A stretch of DNA of 45,134 bases from Cryomorphaceae bacterium (GCA_949511925.1 CATEYX010000039.1:1-45134); one strand, 5' to 3'. Numbered from the stretch's first letter, positions 9,481 to 19,800 are shown. Notes: generated by a model from the sequence alone, not told the origin. Program-made: numbers and translations.

Positions 9481-10473
9481 ATGGGCGTAAAGATAGGAAA
9501 TATTGATGTAGGGGAATTCCCTTTATTATTAGCACCAATGGAGGATGTTAGTGACCCACCTTTTCGTGCTTTATGTAAACAGAATGGTGCAGATGTAATG
9601 TACACAGAATTTATCTCTTCAGAAGGTCTAATTCGTGATGCTGACAAGAGTGTAATGAAGTTGGATATCTATGATTTTGAACGCCCAATTGGAATACAAA
9701 TATTTGGTTATGACATTGAATCCATGCGACAAGCTACTGAAATATGTGCTGCTGCAAAACCTGAATTCATTGATATTAATTTTGGTTGCCCAGTTAAAAA
9801 AGTAGCTAACAAGGGAGCTGGTGCGGGGATATTGCTTGACATCCCAAAGATGGTAGCCATGACCAAAGAAATTGTAAAGGCTACTCACCTGCCCGTTACT
9901 GTAAAAACACGCTTAGGCTGGGATGACAATACAAAGTATATAGTTGAAGTTGCGGAACAATTACAAGATGTAGGGATACAAGCCCTATCCATTCATGGGC
10001 GTACCCGTAAACAAATGTATAAAGGAGATGCTGATTGGACTTTAATTGGAGATGTAAAAAATAATTCTAGAATGCACATTCCTATTTTTGGAAATGGAGA
10101 TGTGAATTCACCTGAAAAAGTAGCAGAAGTAAAAAATAAATATGGAGTAGATGGGGTAATGATTGGACGTGCTGCTATTGGATATCCTTGGATATTTAAC
10201 GAGATAAAACATTACCTAAAAACGGGAGAGCATTTAGCTCCACCCACTATTGCCGATAGAGTAATTGCTTGTAAGCAGCACCTAAAACATTCTATTGAGT
10301 GGAAAGGTCAAATACTTGGTATTGCAGAAATGAAACGTCACTACACTAATTATTTTAAAGGCATTCCTCATTTTAAAGATTATCGCATAAAAATGGTAAC
10401 AAGCGACAACCCTGAAGAAGTACACGCAATTTTAGATGATGTAGCAAATAAATTTGCTGAGGTTATTTTTTAA
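9481..10473 (+). CDS. dusB: tRNA dihydrouridine synthase DusB
   Basis: LLAPMEDVSD, YTEFIS, IDINFGCPVKKV, VTVKTRLGWD, IHGRTR, GNGDV, GVMIGRAAIGYPW. Confidence 0.95.
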   Translation: MGVKIGNIDVGEFPLLLAPMEDVSDPPFRALCKQNGADVMYTEFISSEGLIRDADKSVMKLDIYDFERPIGIQIFGYDIESMRQATEICAAAKPEFIDINFGCPVKKVANKGAGAGILLDIPKMVAMTKEIVKATHLPVTVKTRLGWDDNTKYIVEVAEQLQDVGIQALSIHGRTRKQMYKGDADWTLIGDVKNNSRMHIPIFGNGDVNSPEKVAEVKNKYGVDGVMIGRAAIGYPWIFNEIKHYLKTGEHLAPPTIADRVIACKQHLKHSIEWKGQILGIAEMKRHYTNYFKGIPHFKDYRIKMVTSDNPEEVHAILDDVANKFAEVIF

Positions 10474-11677
10474 ATAGTTTTCTGCCAAGCAATTTTGCAG
10501 GATACCATGAAGCTAATACTCCAATTATAAATACGGTAACACTAACTAATAACACATCCAAAAAAGCGATAGCAATAGGGTAAGTATTGATTACAAAACT
10601 ACCCCCACCCATACTTATAAAACCAAAAGTTTGTTGTAAAAAAGCAAGTCCCAAGCCGATAATCAAACCTATACCTGTGCCTAAGACTATGGTAAGCATA
10701 CTCTTTTTAAAAAATAGTGATTGGATATCTTGAACGGTACAACCCAAGCTTCTTAGAGTAGAAATATCTTTTTTCTTATCTAGCATAAGCATACTAAGCG
10801 AACCGATAATATTAAAGGTAGCAATTATCATAATAAAAGTAAGGATTAAGAAAACAGCTAGCTTTTCGGTATTCAATATTTTGTAAAGAAATTCCTGTTG
10901 CTGAAGGCGATTTTTAATCATATACTTAGGACCTAGTACTTTTTGTAATTGCTTTTGGAGAGCAATCATCTGCCCTTCATCTTTTAGTTTTATTTCAATG
11001 GCTGAAACTTCATTATCTCGTTCTGCTAATTGCTGGACAAACAATAAAGGGGTAATAATATATGCGGCATCCACCTCAGCTTGAACTCCAAAAACTCCAA
11101 CGGGTAGCACAGCCGATTGCTCAAACGCAGTAGATGGATTCAATAAGGTTGTACTATTTCTATTTGGCATAAACACGCTCAATTGTTCAAACATAGAGCC
11201 AATACCCATAGATAAATAGTAGGCAACTCCCCTACCTACAACAGCTACATTATTGCTTTCAAAACCGTTAATATACTCCCCATCAACTAATAAAGAATTA
11301 AAATTTGTAAGTTCCAAATATTCATCACTTACTCCCTTAGCAGTAGCTATATATTCCTTTTCTTGATATTTTAAGAGTACTTTTTCCTCTAACACCAATG
11401 CTGAAGTTTCTATTTCTTCAACTGTAAGCAGTAAAGTTTTAGCTTCATTAGGATTAAAAGTTTTACCTTCAGCAGAAGTGATTTTTAAATGTGGATCAAA
11501 GGAATTATACATACTTAAAACCAAATCCTCAAAACCATTAAAAACAGATAGAACCAAAATAAGTGCAGCTGTACCAATGGATACTCCAAATAGTGAAACC
11601 CAAGAAATTATATGCACAAAACTGCTACTTTTCTTAGTTGTAAAATAGCGTTTGGCAATAAAAAATGGGAAATTCAT
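10463..11677 (-). CDS. ABC transporter permease, LolC/LolE (FtsX/MacB-like) family
   Basis: FFIAKRYF, LVLSVFNGFE, FDPHLKI, IATFNIIGSLSMLMLDKKKDISTLRSLG, SWYPA; downstream of rbfA. Confidence 0.88.
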   Translation of the reverse strand: MNFPFFIAKRYFTTKKSSSFVHIISWVSLFGVSIGTAALILVLSVFNGFEDLVLSMYNSFDPHLKITSAEGKTFNPNEAKTLLLTVEEIETSALVLEEKVLLKYQEKEYIATAKGVSDEYLELTNFNSLLVDGEYINGFESNNVAVVGRGVAYYLSMGIGSMFEQLSVFMPNRNSTTLLNPSTAFEQSAVLPVGVFGVQAEVDAAYIITPLLFVQQLAERDNEVSAIEIKLKDEGQMIALQKQLQKVLGPKYMIKNRLQQQEFLYKILNTEKLAVFLILTFIMIIATFNIIGSLSMLMLDKKKDISTLRSLGCTVQDIQSLFFKKSMLTIVLGTGIGLIIGLGLAFLQQTFGFISMGGGSFVINTYPIAIAFLDVLLVSVTVFIIGVLASWYPAKLLGRKLFKK

Positions 11678-11683
11678 TCAGCT

Positions 11684-12022
11684 TTATTTTTTCAATAATC
11701 GGTCAATCTCTTCAGCATATGCAGCCGAATCATCCAAATGAAATTGAAGTGTTGGTACAATACGTAATTGATTTCTCACGCTTTCACCCAGTTTTTTACG
11801 AATCATTACCGTATTGCTTTTAATTACTTTTAGGGCAGCTTCAGGGTCATCAACAGGAAAAATACTTAGAAAAATATTGGCATCAGCCAAATCAGGAGAA
11901 ATACGAACAATAGTTAAACTCACCATTATATTCCCTAATATCTCTTGAGTATTCTGCTGAAAAATTACAGAAAGTTCTTTCTGAATTAAACGCGATACCT
12001 TTTTTTGTCTTGTTGATTCCAT
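11684..12022 (-). CDS. rbfA: 30S ribosome-binding factor A
   Basis: MESTRQKKVSRLIQKELS, VRISPDL, RNQLRIVPTLQFHLDDS; true start ATG 12022. Confidence 0.95.
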   Translation of the reverse strand: MESTRQKKVSRLIQKELSVIFQQNTQEILGNIMVSLTIVRISPDLADANIFLSIFPVDDPEAALKVIKSNTVMIRKKLGESVRNQLRIVPTLQFHLDDSAAYAEEIDRLLKK

Positions 12023-12027
12023 AAGTG

Positions 12028-12035
12028 CAAAAATA
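12028..12035 (-). promoter_or_regulatory. Bacteroidota -7 promoter element (TATTTTTG) for rbfA
   Basis: Exact TAnnTTTG 5 nt upstream of the rbfA ATG. Confidence 0.7.
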
Positions 12036-12048
12036 GGGAAACCTTTCT

Positions 12049-12056
12049 TATCTTTG
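12049..12056 (+). promoter_or_regulatory. Bacteroidota -7 promoter element (TATCTTTG) for the msbA-like gene
   Basis: Exact TAnnTTTG 4 nt upstream of ATG 12061. Confidence 0.7.
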
Positions 12057-12060
12057 CACA

Positions 12061-13881
12061 ATGCATTATTTCTTACGAATATTAAAATATGTAAAGCCTT
12101 ATTTACCATTTGCACTACTGAATATTTTTTTCAATGTGCTAAGTGTTTTATTTTCTTTAGTTTCCTTAACAATGGTTGTCCCATTCTTAGGAATCCTTTT
12201 TGAAACACAAGAAAAGGTATACAATCCTCCACCGCTAAGCCTTAATGCAGCAGCCTTAAAAGACAACTTTTACGCCATCATAAGCTCCATTGTTGACGAA
12301 AAAGGAAAGATAGAGGCCTTATTTTTCATTTGTATTTTGGTGTTAGTTACCTTTTTTTTCAGAAATCTGTTTCGTTATTTATCCCTTTATTTTTTAACGC
12401 CTATTCGTAATGGAGTTGTACACGACCTGCGTATGGACTTGCATAAAAAAGTGATATCCTTGCCACTTCCTTTCTTTACTGAAAAAAGAAAAGGCGATAT
12501 CACAGCTCGTATGACTTCTGACCTTGTAGAAATAGAATGGTCAATTATGAGTTCCTTAGAAATGATATTTAAGGACCCTTTAAATATAATTATTTACCTA
12601 GCAACACTTATAGTGATAAGCCCACAGCTTACAATATTTGTTGTTCTGCTCTTTCCTGTTACTGGCGTTATTATTGGGGTTATAGGTAAGTCACTAAAAA
12701 AATCATCTGACAGAGGACAAAACAAAATGGGGGATTTACTCTCCATTATTGATGAAAATATTTCTGGATTACGAATCATAAAAGCATTTAATGCTGAAAG
12801 TCATATCAATAAAAACTTTGAAAAAGATAGTATTGAGTATAAAAGTATCATGACGAAATTATTAAGGAAAAAAGACCTTTCATCCCCTATGAGTGAGTTT
12901 TTGAGTACTATCGTTATGGTTATTGTTATGTGGTTTGGCGGTCAGCTAGTATTAAGTGCTAATGGAGAATTAACTGCTCAAGAATTTATTGGCTATATTC
13001 TTATCTTTTCCCAAATTATCCCACCTGCCAAATCCTTAACTACCTCATATTACCATATACAAAAAGGAAGTGCCTCTGCACAAAGAGTCTATGAAATACT
13101 AGATGCTGAAAATGAAATTGTTGAAGCTGAAAATCCAAAACAAATTAAACTCCTCAATAATCAAATTGAATTTAAAAATCTTACTTTCTCCTATGAGAAG
13201 CAAGAAGTACTAAAGGATATTAATTTTTCCATTGGCAAAGGAAAAATGGTTGCTTTAGTTGGACAATCAGGAAGTGGTAAATCTACTTTAGCGGATTTGT
13301 TAGCCCGATTTTACGACATTAATAAAGGCGAAATCCTTATTGACAAGAACAATATAAAAGAAATTGCTTTGGACGATTTACGTTCTTTAATGGGAATCGT
13401 AAGTCAAGACTCTATTTTGTTTAACGATACTATTTTTAACAATATTCGTTTAGGAAATGTTAACTCTAGCGAACAAGAAGTAATGGAAGCAGCTAAGATT
13501 GCAAATGCACATGAGTTTATTAAAGCTACAGAAAATGGGTACAACACCAATATTGGAGATAGCGGAAATAAACTTTCTGGAGGGCAAAAACAAAGACTAA
13601 GTATCGCTAGGGCAATCCTAAAAAACCCTGAGATATTAATTTTGGATGAGGCTACATCTTCCTTGGACACAGAGTCGGAACGCTTAGTACAGGATGCTTT
13701 AAATAAATTGATGCATTCGCGTACATCACTAGTAATTGCACATAGACTATCCACTATACAAAATGCGGATGAGATTCTAGTTTTAGAAAACGGAAGTATT
13801 ATTGAAAGAGGAACACACCAAGATTTGATTACTCAAAACGGACATTATAAAAAACTTTCCGACTTGCAGAGTTTTGCTTAG
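12061..13881 (+). CDS. ABC exporter, fused permease/ATP-binding (MsbA-like)
   Basis: N-terminal TM domain; Walker A GQSGSGKST, signature LSGGQKQR, Walker B ILILDEATSSLD, IAHRLSTI. Confidence 0.92.
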   Translation: MHYFLRILKYVKPYLPFALLNIFFNVLSVLFSLVSLTMVVPFLGILFETQEKVYNPPPLSLNAAALKDNFYAIISSIVDEKGKIEALFFICILVLVTFFFRNLFRYLSLYFLTPIRNGVVHDLRMDLHKKVISLPLPFFTEKRKGDITARMTSDLVEIEWSIMSSLEMIFKDPLNIIIYLATLIVISPQLTIFVVLLFPVTGVIIGVIGKSLKKSSDRGQNKMGDLLSIIDENISGLRIIKAFNAESHINKNFEKDSIEYKSIMTKLLRKKDLSSPMSEFLSTIVMVIVMWFGGQLVLSANGELTAQEFIGYILIFSQIIPPAKSLTTSYYHIQKGSASAQRVYEILDAENEIVEAENPKQIKLLNNQIEFKNLTFSYEKQEVLKDINFSIGKGKMVALVGQSGSGKSTLADLLARFYDINKGEILIDKNNIKEIALDDLRSLMGIVSQDSILFNDTIFNNIRLGNVNSSEQEVMEAAKIANAHEFIKATENGYNTNIGDSGNKLSGGQKQRLSIARAILKNPEILILDEATSSLDTESERLVQDALNKLMHSRTSLVIAHRLSTIQNADEILVLENGSIIERGTHQDLITQNGHYKKLSDLQSFA

Positions 13882-15047
13882 TACAGGAAATTATTGTAAG
13901 GATATCTCACTTCATGTAATTGCTTAATCTTAACATAAAGCAAGTCCTTTAACTCATCAAAATGAGTTTTATTTAAAGCTGAAATAAATATACTTTCTTC
14001 ATCTAATTTTGCCATCCAAGTTTTTTGCAATTCTTCTAAGGAGATATTTTCAGGAAGTATTGGTGTTAAATCATCTTCCTCTTTTGGAATAAAAGTATAG
14101 GCATCAATTTTATTGAATACAATTAAAATAGGTTTGTCAGTTACCCCAAGTTCAATAATAGTTTTGTTTACTATTTCTATTTGTTCTTCAAATTTAGGAT
14201 TTGAAATATCTACTACATGCACCAGTAAGTCTGATTCACGCACTTCATCCAAAGTTGACTTAAAACTTTCCACCAACTGATGAGGGAGCTTACGAATAAA
14301 GCCGACAGTATCGGTTAGTAAAAAAGGTAAATTACCAATTACTACCTTTCTTACGGTAGTATCCAAAGTAGCAAACAATTTGTTTTCTGCAAAAATATCT
14401 GACTTTGCTAAGGTATTCATTAAGGTTGATTTGCCTGTATTGGTATACCCAACTAAGGCAACTCTTATCATATCTTGTCTGCCTTTCCTGCGCGTGAAAC
14501 TTTGCTTATCAATTTTTTCTAACTTCTTTTTTAACAGCGCAATTTTATCTTTAATAATCCTTCTATCCGTTTCAATTTGTGTTTCCCCTGGCCCTCTCAT
14601 TCCAATCCCCCCTTTTTGTCGTTCAAGGTGAGTCCACATCCTTGTAAGTCTTGGTAATAAATATTGGTATTGTGCCAACTCAACTTGCGTACGAGCTTGT
14701 GCGGTTTGGGCTCTACTTGCAAAAATATCTAATATCAGATTACTTCTATCTAGTACTTTCGTCTCCTCTCCAAAAATTTTCTCAATGTTTCTTATTTGTG
14801 ACGGACTTAAATCATCATCAAAAATAATAAGCTTTATTTTATTTTCTTCTGAATAAATTCGCACCTCCTCAATTTTCCCCTTTCCTAAAAATGTTTTATT
14901 GTCTGGGTGAGGTAATTTTTGGGTAAAATTTCTAACTGGTTTTGCTCCTGCGGTATCAGCCAAGAAAGCAAGTTCATCCAAATATTCGTATGCTTGTTCT
15001 TTCGTGACATCAGGTGTAATTAAACCAATTAGTACAGCTTTTTCCAT
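13878..15047 (-). CDS. hflX: Ribosome-splitting GTPase HflX
   Basis: LDIFASRA, QVELAQYQYLLPRL, RGPGETQIETDRR, GYTNTGKST, LFATLDTT, DTVGFIRKLP, NKID. Confidence 0.97.
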   Translation of the reverse strand: MEKAVLIGLITPDVTKEQAYEYLDELAFLADTAGAKPVRNFTQKLPHPDNKTFLGKGKIEEVRIYSEENKIKLIIFDDDLSPSQIRNIEKIFGEETKVLDRSNLILDIFASRAQTAQARTQVELAQYQYLLPRLTRMWTHLERQKGGIGMRGPGETQIETDRRIIKDKIALLKKKLEKIDKQSFTRRKGRQDMIRVALVGYTNTGKSTLMNTLAKSDIFAENKLFATLDTTVRKVVIGNLPFLLTDTVGFIRKLPHQLVESFKSTLDEVRESDLLVHVVDISNPKFEEQIEIVNKTIIELGVTDKPILIVFNKIDAYTFIPKEEDDLTPILPENISLEELQKTWMAKLDEESIFISALNKTHFDELKDLLYVKIKQLHEVRYPYNNFLY

Positions 15048-15074
15048 TAATTATTAAAGTAAGTTACTAAATGG

Positions 15075-15452
15075 CTATGATGCCTTTTTTCTATTTTCTA
15101 TAAAACTTCTAATAAACGCAATAAAAGCAATGAAAGAAGATAAACTCATTGCTAAAACACGAAATAGCCCAACACCTCCTTGATCTATAGATATAGGTAG
15201 TCTTTTCCCTACAAGAGCAATTAGAACTAAGAGTGTTAATACAACAGCGATATGAGCAATAGCTTTGTTACTATTCTGAATTCCTTTATTACACAACAAT
15301 AAAATAATTCCAAATAAAACAGTAATCAATGCAGTCCAATGCTCAAATGAAACAATTGTATCTAATGTATAATTACTAACATCAATATAACCCCATAAAC
15401 CTAGTGAAATCAAAGTGAATGCGTTAATTAAGTTCATTTTTTGTGCAGTCAT
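15075..15452 (-). CDS. Hypothetical membrane protein (about 4 TM helices)
   Basis: 125-aa hydrophobic ORF filling the gap upstream of hflX on the same strand; basic C-terminal tail. Confidence 0.75.
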   Translation of the reverse strand: MTAQKMNLINAFTLISLGLWGYIDVSNYTLDTIVSFEHWTALITVLFGIILLLCNKGIQNSNKAIAHIAVVLTLLVLIALVGKRLPISIDQGGVGLFRVLAMSLSSFIAFIAFIRSFIENRKKAS

Positions 15453-15535
15453 ATAAAAATATTTTTATTGACAAATAAACAAATAAATTTCAACTTAATT
15501 TGCTAATTTCACGGCTTTATTATTATCCCTTTCAA

Positions 15536-18523
15536 ATGAGATTACAATTTACTATCCTTTTTACTATCCTAAGTTTTTATACCCTTTTAGGTCAAGAAAC
15601 TTTTTCTGTTAATGGAGTGGCCCAGAATTTTGAACCTATTCATGTCTTTACCAATGCCCATATTATTTTAAATCCCTCTAGTGAAATAGAAAACGGAACA
15701 CTCATTATACAAGGGGATAAAATCATTGCGGCAGACACTAGTTTGAAGATCCCAACTGGAGCCATTATTCATGATTTGAATGGAGATTACATCTACCCTT
15801 CTTTTATTGATTTATATTCAGATTATGGCTTGAAAAAAGCTAAAAAAGGACAATACAGTTATCGTCCACAGTACGAAAGCAATAAAGCTGGTGCTTACCA
15901 TTGGAATGAAGCCATTCATCCTGAAATAGACGCAAGCGCAAAGTTTGTTACAGATAAAAAATCAGCTACTGCTTACCTTAAAAATGGTTTTGGAGCAGTA
16001 CTTTCTCATGTACAAGATGGTATATTAAGAGGTACCGGTTCTTTGGTGCTACTTTCAGAAAAAAGCGAACATGAAAATATAATTCTGCCACAAGCAGCAA
16101 ATTATTTTTCCTTTAAAAAAGGAGTATCAAGACAAAAAAACCCTTCTTCATTAATGGGAAGTATCGCCTTAATTAGACAAACATTTTTGGATGCTGAATG
16201 GTATTCTGCACAGAATAATCAAACTAACCTCTCCTATGCTGCTGTAAATAATAACCAAGAATTGCCTCATATTTTTGCAGTAAATGATGAGTTAGATTAT
16301 AGCCGAGTGTATAAAATTGCAAATGAGTTTGAAATTGATTTTATCATAAAAGGAAATGGAAAGGAATACAGTAGAATTGAGGAAGTAGCTGCAACTGAAT
16401 TTCCAATAATTATTCCGCTTAATTTCCCTAATTCCTATGATGTGGATAACCCTGAAACAGCAGAATGGATTAGTTTACACAAACTAAAGGATTGGGAAAC
16501 TGCTCCTTTCAACGCTAGTATACTTGCCCAAAATGAAGTTGAGTTTTGTATTACTTCTTCTGGATTAGATAAGGAAAGTAATTTTATAACTAATTTACGA
16601 CTAGCAATTAAAAAAGGACTTAGCAAAAAAGATGCACTTGCCGCACTTACCACTACTCCTGCACAACTTATTGCAATGGATCATAAAATTGGGATTTTAG
16701 ACAGTGGATATTTAGCCAATTTCTTTATTGCCTCTAAAGATATTTTTGAGAATGGTAAAATTTATGAAAACTGGACCGCCGGAGAAAAACAGATCATTAC
16801 TAAAAAACAGGAAATTGATATAAGAGGGTACTATACTTTAAGTAATAAAGAATTTGAAAATAAATTGGTTGTCATTAAGGGAAGTATGGAAAAACCAAAA
16901 GCAACTATTTTTGCATTAGATTCCCTTGCGCTCAAAACAACTCTAGAAGGGGTAAATATTAATATCAGTACTAAAAATGGCGTATTTAGAGCTTTTGCTA
17001 AATTTCATAACGGGAATATTAAAGGTAAATATCAAGATAGTCTAGGGATGTATCATACCTTTAAACTTCAAAGAGATTCTCTTTTTAAAGAGACTAAAAA
17101 AGCCTTTATATTAACAATTGATAGTTTAATTCCATCAGTTTGGTTGCCTAATAAAGCACACGGATTTACAAGTCCTCCCAAAGCTGAAAATATCATCTTC
17201 AGAAACGCAACAATATGGACAAATGAGCAAGAGGGAATTTTGGAGAATACAGATATTGCCATTTCAAATGGAATGATTATTGCCCTTGGGAAAGAATTAG
17301 ATGAATTAATTGTATTCCCTGAGACCGTAAAAATTACACAAATTAATGCTACTGGTAAACATGTTACTAGTGGGATAATTGACGAACACTCCCATATTGC
17401 CATAAGTAGAGGTGTTAATGAAGGAAGCCAGGCGGTAAGTGCTGAAGTAAGAATTGGAGATGTGATAAACCCCAATGATCATAATATTTACCGCCAACTT
17501 TCAGGAGGTACAGTTGCATCACAGCTTTTACACGGTTCGGCAAACCCAATTGGAGGCCAAGCTGCTATGATTAAATTAAGATGGGGAAGCGCCGCAGAAG
17601 AGATGAAAGTAGAGAATGCAGATGGTTTTATAAAATTTGCCCTAGGAGAAAATGTGAAGCAAAGTAATTGGGGAAATTTTGAGAGAACCCGTTTTCCGCA
17701 AACTCGTATGGGAGTAGAACAAGTGTTTTATGACGCCTTTTACCGAGCAAAAACTTACCAAAAACAATGGCAAGACTTTAATGCTCTCAGCTCAGAAGAA
17801 AAAGTAAGGTCAATTCCTCCAAGAGAAGATTTAGAGCTTAATGCTTTGGTTGAAATCCTAAATTCCGAACGCTTTATTACTTGTCACTCCTACATTCAAT
17901 CCGAAATAAATATGCTTATGCATGTTGGAGATTCTATGGGCTTTACTATTAATACTTTTACACATATTTTGGAAGGTTACAAAGTAGCAGATAAAATGAA
18001 AAAACATGGTGCAGGCGGCTCAACCTTTTCTGATTGGTGGGCCTATAAATTTGAAGTAAATGATGCTATTCCTTATAATGCAACTCTACTTAATAATGCA
18101 GGAGTTATTACTGCTATAAATTCTGATGATGCTGAGATGGGAAGAAGATTAAATCAAGAAGCTGCAAAGGCAGTAAAATATGGAGGAACTTCAGAAGAAG
18201 ATGCTTGGAAGATGGTGACTTTAAACCCTGCTAAATTGTTGCATATTGATGATAAGATGGGAAGTATCAAAATTGGAAAAGATGCCGACATTGTACTTTG
18301 GACAGACAATCCGCTTTCAGTTTATGCCAAAGTAATACAAACTTATGTGGATGGCAAGCTCCTTTTTGATGTTGAAGTTGACAAACAATTACGAGAAAGA
18401 GACCGATTGGAACGCATGCGCATCATACAGAAAATGAGTGAAGATGCAACTGGAGGTAAAAAACAAAAACCCGAACCTACTATTGAAAAATTATACCATT
18501 GTGATACTGAATATGATGAATAA
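15536..18523 (+). CDS. Secreted/periplasmic amidohydrolase family protein with two amidohydrolase domains
   Basis: Signal peptide from ATG 15536; C-terminal domain GIIDEHSH, KFALGENVK, CHSY, THILEG, NSDD, TLNPAKLL, GKDADIVLW; N-terminal domain YPSFIDLYSDYG lacks HxH. Confidence 0.88.
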   Translation: MRLQFTILFTILSFYTLLGQETFSVNGVAQNFEPIHVFTNAHIILNPSSEIENGTLIIQGDKIIAADTSLKIPTGAIIHDLNGDYIYPSFIDLYSDYGLKKAKKGQYSYRPQYESNKAGAYHWNEAIHPEIDASAKFVTDKKSATAYLKNGFGAVLSHVQDGILRGTGSLVLLSEKSEHENIILPQAANYFSFKKGVSRQKNPSSLMGSIALIRQTFLDAEWYSAQNNQTNLSYAAVNNNQELPHIFAVNDELDYSRVYKIANEFEIDFIIKGNGKEYSRIEEVAATEFPIIIPLNFPNSYDVDNPETAEWISLHKLKDWETAPFNASILAQNEVEFCITSSGLDKESNFITNLRLAIKKGLSKKDALAALTTTPAQLIAMDHKIGILDSGYLANFFIASKDIFENGKIYENWTAGEKQIITKKQEIDIRGYYTLSNKEFENKLVVIKGSMEKPKATIFALDSLALKTTLEGVNINISTKNGVFRAFAKFHNGNIKGKYQDSLGMYHTFKLQRDSLFKETKKAFILTIDSLIPSVWLPNKAHGFTSPPKAENIIFRNATIWTNEQEGILENTDIAISNGMIIALGKELDELIVFPETVKITQINATGKHVTSGIIDEHSHIAISRGVNEGSQAVSAEVRIGDVINPNDHNIYRQLSGGTVASQLLHGSANPIGGQAAMIKLRWGSAAEEMKVENADGFIKFALGENVKQSNWGNFERTRFPQTRMGVEQVFYDAFYRAKTYQKQWQDFNALSSEEKVRSIPPREDLELNALVEILNSERFITCHSYIQSEINMLMHVGDSMGFTINTFTHILEGYKVADKMKKHGAGGSTFSDWWAYKFEVNDAIPYNATLLNNAGVITAINSDDAEMGRRLNQEAAKAVKYGGTSEEDAWKMVTLNPAKLLHIDDKMGSIKIGKDADIVLWTDNPLSVYAKVIQTYVDGKLLFDVEVDKQLRERDRLERMRIIQKMSEDATGGKKQKPEPTIEKLYHCDTEYDE

Positions 18524-19781
18524 AAAATACTTAAACCTTCTTTTTACACTATTGATTACAATAGCTGTACAGGCACAGAAACCTACCCTATTTATGGGAG
18601 CAACTGCCCATTTAGGAAATGGAACTAAAATTGAAAATGCTGCTATTAGTATGTTAAATGGTAAAATTGATATGGTTGCTGACGCAACAAGGATCCGTAT
18701 TGATCCAAGTGCTTTTGATACCATTTATCGTGTACACGGAAAGCATCTGTATCCTGCATTTATTGTCCCTAACACAACTTTAGGAATTACTGAAATTGAT
18801 GCTGTTCGTGCCTCAAATGATTACCAAGAAACAGGATCAATAAATCCTAATGTCCGCACCCTTATCGCTTATAATACTGATTCCAAAATAGCTAAGACAG
18901 TAAGAAGTAATGGTGTACTTATTGCTCAAGTAACACCTAGAGGAGGTACTATTTCCGGACAATCTTCAGTAATGCATTTAGCAGGTTGGAATTGGGAAGA
19001 TGCGGCTTTAAGAACAGATGATGGAATACACTTAAACTGGCCTTCATCCTACTACCAAAGTGGTTGGTGGGCAGAACCTGGAACTAATAAAGAAAATGAG
19101 AAATATAACGAGAGTATTACTAAATTAAAAAGATTTTTCAAAAAAGCAAATTCTTATGCTAAATCCTCTAGTTTAATGGACTTAAGAATGGAAAGCATGA
19201 AAGGATTATTTAACGGAAATAAGACACTTTATATACATGCAAATAATGCAAGCGATATGTTGGATGTCATTTCGTTTATGAATGAATTTTCTATTACTAA
19301 AACAGTAATTGTTGGGGCTGAAGATGCACTTAAAATTGTGGATGAATTGAAAGAAAATAACATATCTCTTATCCTTAACAGAGTGCATAGGCTTCCAAGT
19401 AAAGTGGGCAGCCCAGTAGACGAACCATTTATGCAAGCGGCAAAATTACAAGAATCCGGAATTTTATTCTGCCTAAGTTATGCAGGGGAGATGGAGGCAA
19501 TGGGAGCTAGAAACCTCCCTTTTAGTGCAGGAACTGCTGTAGCTCACGGATTAGATTATGAAAAAGCAATTAGTAGCATTACTTTAAACACTGCCCAAAT
19601 TCTTGGCATAGATGAGTACTGTGGTTCTATTGAAAAAGGAAAGGATGCCACTTTTTTTATTTCTAGTGGGGACGCTTTAGATATGCGCACAAATAACGTA
19701 GAAAAAGCATATATACAAGGAGTTGCTATTGATTTAAACAACCATCAAAAAGAGCTTTTTAACAAATACAAAAACCGATAG
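18513..19781 (+). CDS. Secreted amidohydrolase family protein (metal-ligand motif degenerate)
   Basis: Signal peptide MMNKKYLNLLFTLLITIAVQAQ; LGITEIDAVRAS, VRSNGVL, RNLPFSAGTAVAHGL, ITLNTAQILG, GSIEKGKDAT; overlaps the upstream gene's stop. Confidence 0.85.
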   Translation: MMNKKYLNLLFTLLITIAVQAQKPTLFMGATAHLGNGTKIENAAISMLNGKIDMVADATRIRIDPSAFDTIYRVHGKHLYPAFIVPNTTLGITEIDAVRASNDYQETGSINPNVRTLIAYNTDSKIAKTVRSNGVLIAQVTPRGGTISGQSSVMHLAGWNWEDAALRTDDGIHLNWPSSYYQSGWWAEPGTNKENEKYNESITKLKRFFKKANSYAKSSSLMDLRMESMKGLFNGNKTLYIHANNASDMLDVISFMNEFSITKTVIVGAEDALKIVDELKENNISLILNRVHRLPSKVGSPVDEPFMQAAKLQESGILFCLSYAGEMEAMGARNLPFSAGTAVAHGLDYEKAISSITLNTAQILGIDEYCGSIEKGKDATFFISSGDALDMRTNNVEKAYIQGVAIDLNNHQKELFNKYKNR

Positions 19782-19792
19782 TTTGTTTTTTC

Positions 19793-19800
19793 TATATTTG
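19793..19800 (+). promoter_or_regulatory. Bacteroidota -7 promoter element (TATATTTG) for the lipoprotein gene
   Basis: Exact TAnnTTTG 15 nt upstream of ATG 19816. Confidence 0.55.

Noticed and set aside
18438-18523. Possible programmed frameshift fusing the two amidohydrolase ORFs
   Set aside because: The second ORF has its own ATG (18513/18516) and signal peptide, so ordinary translational coupling explains the overlap
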